The notes below the pieces were generated by a model, which was not told where the DNA came from, did no database searches, and was given only the letters and a program-made list of their open reading frames with translations. DNA of 39,588 nt, taken from the NCBI GenBank assembly GCA_015228685.1, contig JADGCY010000009.1, positions 1 through 39,588 of the forward strand, in the 5' to 3' direction. This DNA is from Desulfobacterales bacterium. Its GTDB lineage: Bacteria > Desulfobacterota > Desulfobacteria > Desulfobacterales > YD0425bin51. Every line of letters starts with the position of its first letter. The first letter of the stretch is position 1. Shown one piece after another: positions 37,027-39,588 of this stretch. Position numbers and translations under genes: made by a program.

Positions 37027-38238
37027 ATGGCAATTTATATATGGGAGGGAAAAGATAAAAAGGGTGAAGTAAAAAAGGGTGAGATGGAAATTGCTAGTGA
37101 AGAAGCATTACGAGGTTATTTAAAAAGGATCAAAATTACACCAATCAAAATCAAAGAAAAGCCGAAAGATATTTTAGCAAATATTAAATTCCTTCAGCCT
37201 AAAGTACTTCAAGCTGATGTTATTCTTTTTGCAAGACAGTTTTCAACAATGATTGATGCCGGTCTTCCAATAGTTCAATGTTTAGATATTCTTTATAACC
37301 AAAATGAAAACAGTACCTTCAAAAAAATATTAAAAGAGATAAAAGAAGCAGTTGAAAGTGGTGCAACTTTAGCCGAAGCATTAAAAAAATATCCTGATCT
37401 TTTTGATAATTTGTTTGTAAATATGATAGCTGCAGGCGAGGCTGGAGGTATTATTGATACAATTCTACAGCGTTTAGCCGCTTATATGGAAAAAGCAGCA
37501 ACTTTAAAGGCTAAAGTTAAAGGAGCAATGACATATCCTGTAATTACTTTATGCATAGCTATTATTGTCGTTGCTGTTATTATGGTTTTTGTTATACCAG
37601 TATTTGAAAAAATGTTTAAAGAATTTGGTCAAGCCCTTCCTGCCCCAACTCAAGTTGTTATAAAGATAAGCAATTTTGTTCAGGCTAATATTGTATATAT
37701 GATTGTTGCACTTTTTTTATTTATGTTTGCTTTTAAAAAATTTTACAGGACAACTAATGGAAGAGCAATTGTTGATAATATAATGCTTAAGCTTCCTATC
37801 TTTGGTTCATTAATTAGAAAAGTTGCAGTAGCTAAGTTTACACGAACAATGGGAACAATGTTATCTAGCGGTGTTGCTATTTTGGAGGCTTTAGAGATAG
37901 TTGCAAAGACAGCCGGCAATATGACTGTCGAAAAAGCGATCTATAATGTGCGGACAGGTATAGCAGAAGGACGTCCTATGGCAGATCCTTTAACTGAAAG
38001 CGGAGTTTTTCCATCTATGGTATGCCAGATGATTGCTGTTGGAGAATCTACAGGAGCGCTGGATACAATGCTTATTAAAATAGCTGATTTCTATGATCAA
38101 GAAGTTGATCAGGCTGTTGAAAATTTAACTTCAGCAATTGAGCCTCTAATGATGGTTTTTATGGGAGGTACGATTGGAGGACTTGTGGTATCAATGTATT
38201 TGCCAATATTTTCAATGGCAGGAGCGGTCGGAGGATAA
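37027..38238 (+). CDS. pilC: Type IV pilus assembly platform protein PilC (GspF family)
   Basis: Two GspF repeats (the N-terminal IYIWEGKDKKGEVKKGEMEIASEEALRGYLKRIKITPIKIK is typical of PilC) and three TM segments. Confidence 0.8.
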   Translation: MAIYIWEGKDKKGEVKKGEMEIASEEALRGYLKRIKITPIKIKEKPKDILANIKFLQPKVLQADVILFARQFSTMIDAGLPIVQCLDILYNQNENSTFKKILKEIKEAVESGATLAEALKKYPDLFDNLFVNMIAAGEAGGIIDTILQRLAAYMEKAATLKAKVKGAMTYPVITLCIAIIVVAVIMVFVIPVFEKMFKEFGQALPAPTQVVIKISNFVQANIVYMIVALFLFMFAFKKFYRTTNGRAIVDNIMLKLPIFGSLIRKVAVAKFTRTMGTMLSSGVAILEALEIVAKTAGNMTVEKAIYNVRTGIAEGRPMADPLTESGVFPSMVCQMIAVGESTGALDTMLIKIADFYDQEVDQAVENLTSAIEPLMMVFMGGTIGGLVVSMYLPIFSMAGAVGG

Positions 38239-38269
38239 TTAGAATTATTATAAGAGTAAGGAGAACAAT

Positions 38270-39325
38270 ATGTATCGAAAATTGAGTTTAATGATTTTTA
38301 GTTTTTTTGTTGTAACAGGCTTTATTGTCTATAAAGCAACAGCTTGTTCTTTGGCAGTTCTTAAGTCAAAAGAAAAGAGTATTATAGCTCGCAATATGGA
38401 CTGGATTTCTCCAGATGGATATGTAGTTAAAAACTATCCTGGAGTAGAACGCAGGGCTAAATTAATTCTTATAAATCCTTATAAATGGAAATCAAAATAT
38501 GGAAGCATAACAATAAATCTTGAACAAGATACTCATATTCCTGGTATAGGAAAGCAGAATGTAGCAGGATGCGGGTTAAATGAAAAAGGGCTCTTTGCTG
38601 GCGAACTTTGGGTAGTAGGTCCTCCAAAAGTTAACTATCCTGTTGACTATGGAAAGTCATGGTTAGCTACTGCTGAAGTAGTGCAGACGATTCTTGATAC
38701 TTGTGCCAATGTAGATGAGGCAATATCACGTTTTAAAGAATTTAGTTTAGAAGGATTTACATTTCTAAGATGGGCAGGCGTTGCTTTGGATTTGCATTGG
38801 TTTGTATCTGACAGCTCTGGGAAAACTGCAATTTTGGAATATCCTGATGCAAAATGGTCGGAGCATAATCCCCCCATTTATTCAGCCATGACAAATCATT
38901 ATTATGAAAGAAGCAATGAGGAACTTAAAAAGTATAAAGGTTTTGGCGGAAATAATGATATTCCTGATGAAGTGCCTTTTGATAAGAAAACAAGCCTTAT
39001 GCGTTTTGTCTTAACCTGTGATTCTGTTGTCGATATTCAAACTACAGGAAATGTGACTTTAGATTCAGGATTTGAACTTTTGAAACGAGTTAGCGCTCAA
39101 GATAGTCCTGTTTTAGAAGGTGGATCAGAGAAAATTACTACTCACTGGTCAGTTGTATATGATTTAAAAGAGAGAACAATTACATGGATTTCATCAAAAA
39201 ATGCTGGTAGGCGCTGGATTGATCTAGATGGAATTGATTTCCCAGTTCGAAATAATAGAGATGATAAAAGAATATCTGTGCAATCCTCCGATGTAGGTGA
39301 TATTACAAATAAATTTCAAAACTGA
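38270..39325 (+). CDS. Secreted Ntn-hydrolase of the choloylglycine hydrolase / linear amide C-N hydrolase (peptidase C59) family
   Basis: Signal peptide ending ...YKATA|C exposes an N-terminal Cys, followed by SLAVL...ARNMDW, matching the Cys1/Arg/Asp pattern of penicillin V acylase and bile salt hydrolase. RBS AAGGAG upstream. Confidence 0.6.
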   Translation: MYRKLSLMIFSFFVVTGFIVYKATACSLAVLKSKEKSIIARNMDWISPDGYVVKNYPGVERRAKLILINPYKWKSKYGSITINLEQDTHIPGIGKQNVAGCGLNEKGLFAGELWVVGPPKVNYPVDYGKSWLATAEVVQTILDTCANVDEAISRFKEFSLEGFTFLRWAGVALDLHWFVSDSSGKTAILEYPDAKWSEHNPPIYSAMTNHYYERSNEELKKYKGFGGNNDIPDEVPFDKKTSLMRFVLTCDSVVDIQTTGNVTLDSGFELLKRVSAQDSPVLEGGSEKITTHWSVVYDLKERTITWISSKNAGRRWIDLDGIDFPVRNNRDDKRISVQSSDVGDITNKFQN

Positions 39326-39588
39326 TGAAAGTATCAATTAAGCAGTATAAAGATGACCTAGGTAAGAAGCTTAAATGGCTAATAATATTCAGGATTATTT
39401 TCACAACTATTTTACTGGGCTCTACAATTTTTATTCAATTCCAGTTGCATGATGATTTATCGCCTCTTGCAAAATCGCTTCTTGCCCTTTATGCTCTTAT
39501 TGTTATAATTTTTTACTTATCTATTATCTATGCATTTATCCTTCCTTACATAAAAAATGGAATTATTTTTGCTTACATTCAGATAATT
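39326..39588 (+). CDS. Partial CDS (3' end outside the window): polytopic membrane protein, possibly the N-terminal sensor domain of a PilS-like histidine kinase
   Basis: The ATG lies immediately after the upstream stop. The translation MKVSIKQYKDDLGKKLKWLIIFRIIFTTILLGSTIFIQFQL... has several hydrophobic helices. A pilS-type kinase downstream of pilC is a common arrangement, which is inference. Confidence 0.3.

Overview
This 39.6-kb window is an AT-rich bacterial chromosomal segment, about 30-35% GC by eye. The gene content (type IV pilus PilC, HD-GYP, many two-component proteins, RpoH, a DHH-CBS-polyA-polymerase fusion) would fit a Desulfobacterota/Deltaproteobacteria-like anaerobe, but that is inference only. 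Positions 1-18026 form one long minus-strand gene block: a HsdR_N-domain fragment, a secreted caspase-DUF1566 protein, a Che-like signalling operon (hybrid PAS histidine kinase, CheC, CheY, HD-GYP), AmiC-type amidase, MutS, a HIT protein, a UPF0280/ATP-grasp pair, a TPR protein and RpoH. A tRNA-Arg(UCU) with its terminator sits at 18115-18236. Immediately downstream is a three-gene plus-strand cassette (18672-24000) with GC of about 45-50% by eye: a RimK-type ATP-grasp fused to a GH3-family adenylating amide synthetase, an HATPase-like/GNAT fusion protein, and an EntS-like MFS exporter. It is followed by an OmpR/histidine-kinase pair of backbone-like GC. This tRNA-flanked cassette is the best candidate here for an undescribed, horizontally acquired small-molecule (amide-conjugate) biosynthesis and export system. 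The rest of the window holds an MCP, HtrA, a stand-alone B12-binding radical SAM enzyme followed by a GC-rich perfect palindrome, MntP, TrpS, an M50 protease, a DHH-CBS-CCA-like enzyme, a COG0731-like radical SAM, PilC, a secreted Ntn-hydrolase (choloylglycine hydrolase family) and the start of a membrane protein. No CRISPR array, IS element or rRNA was seen.
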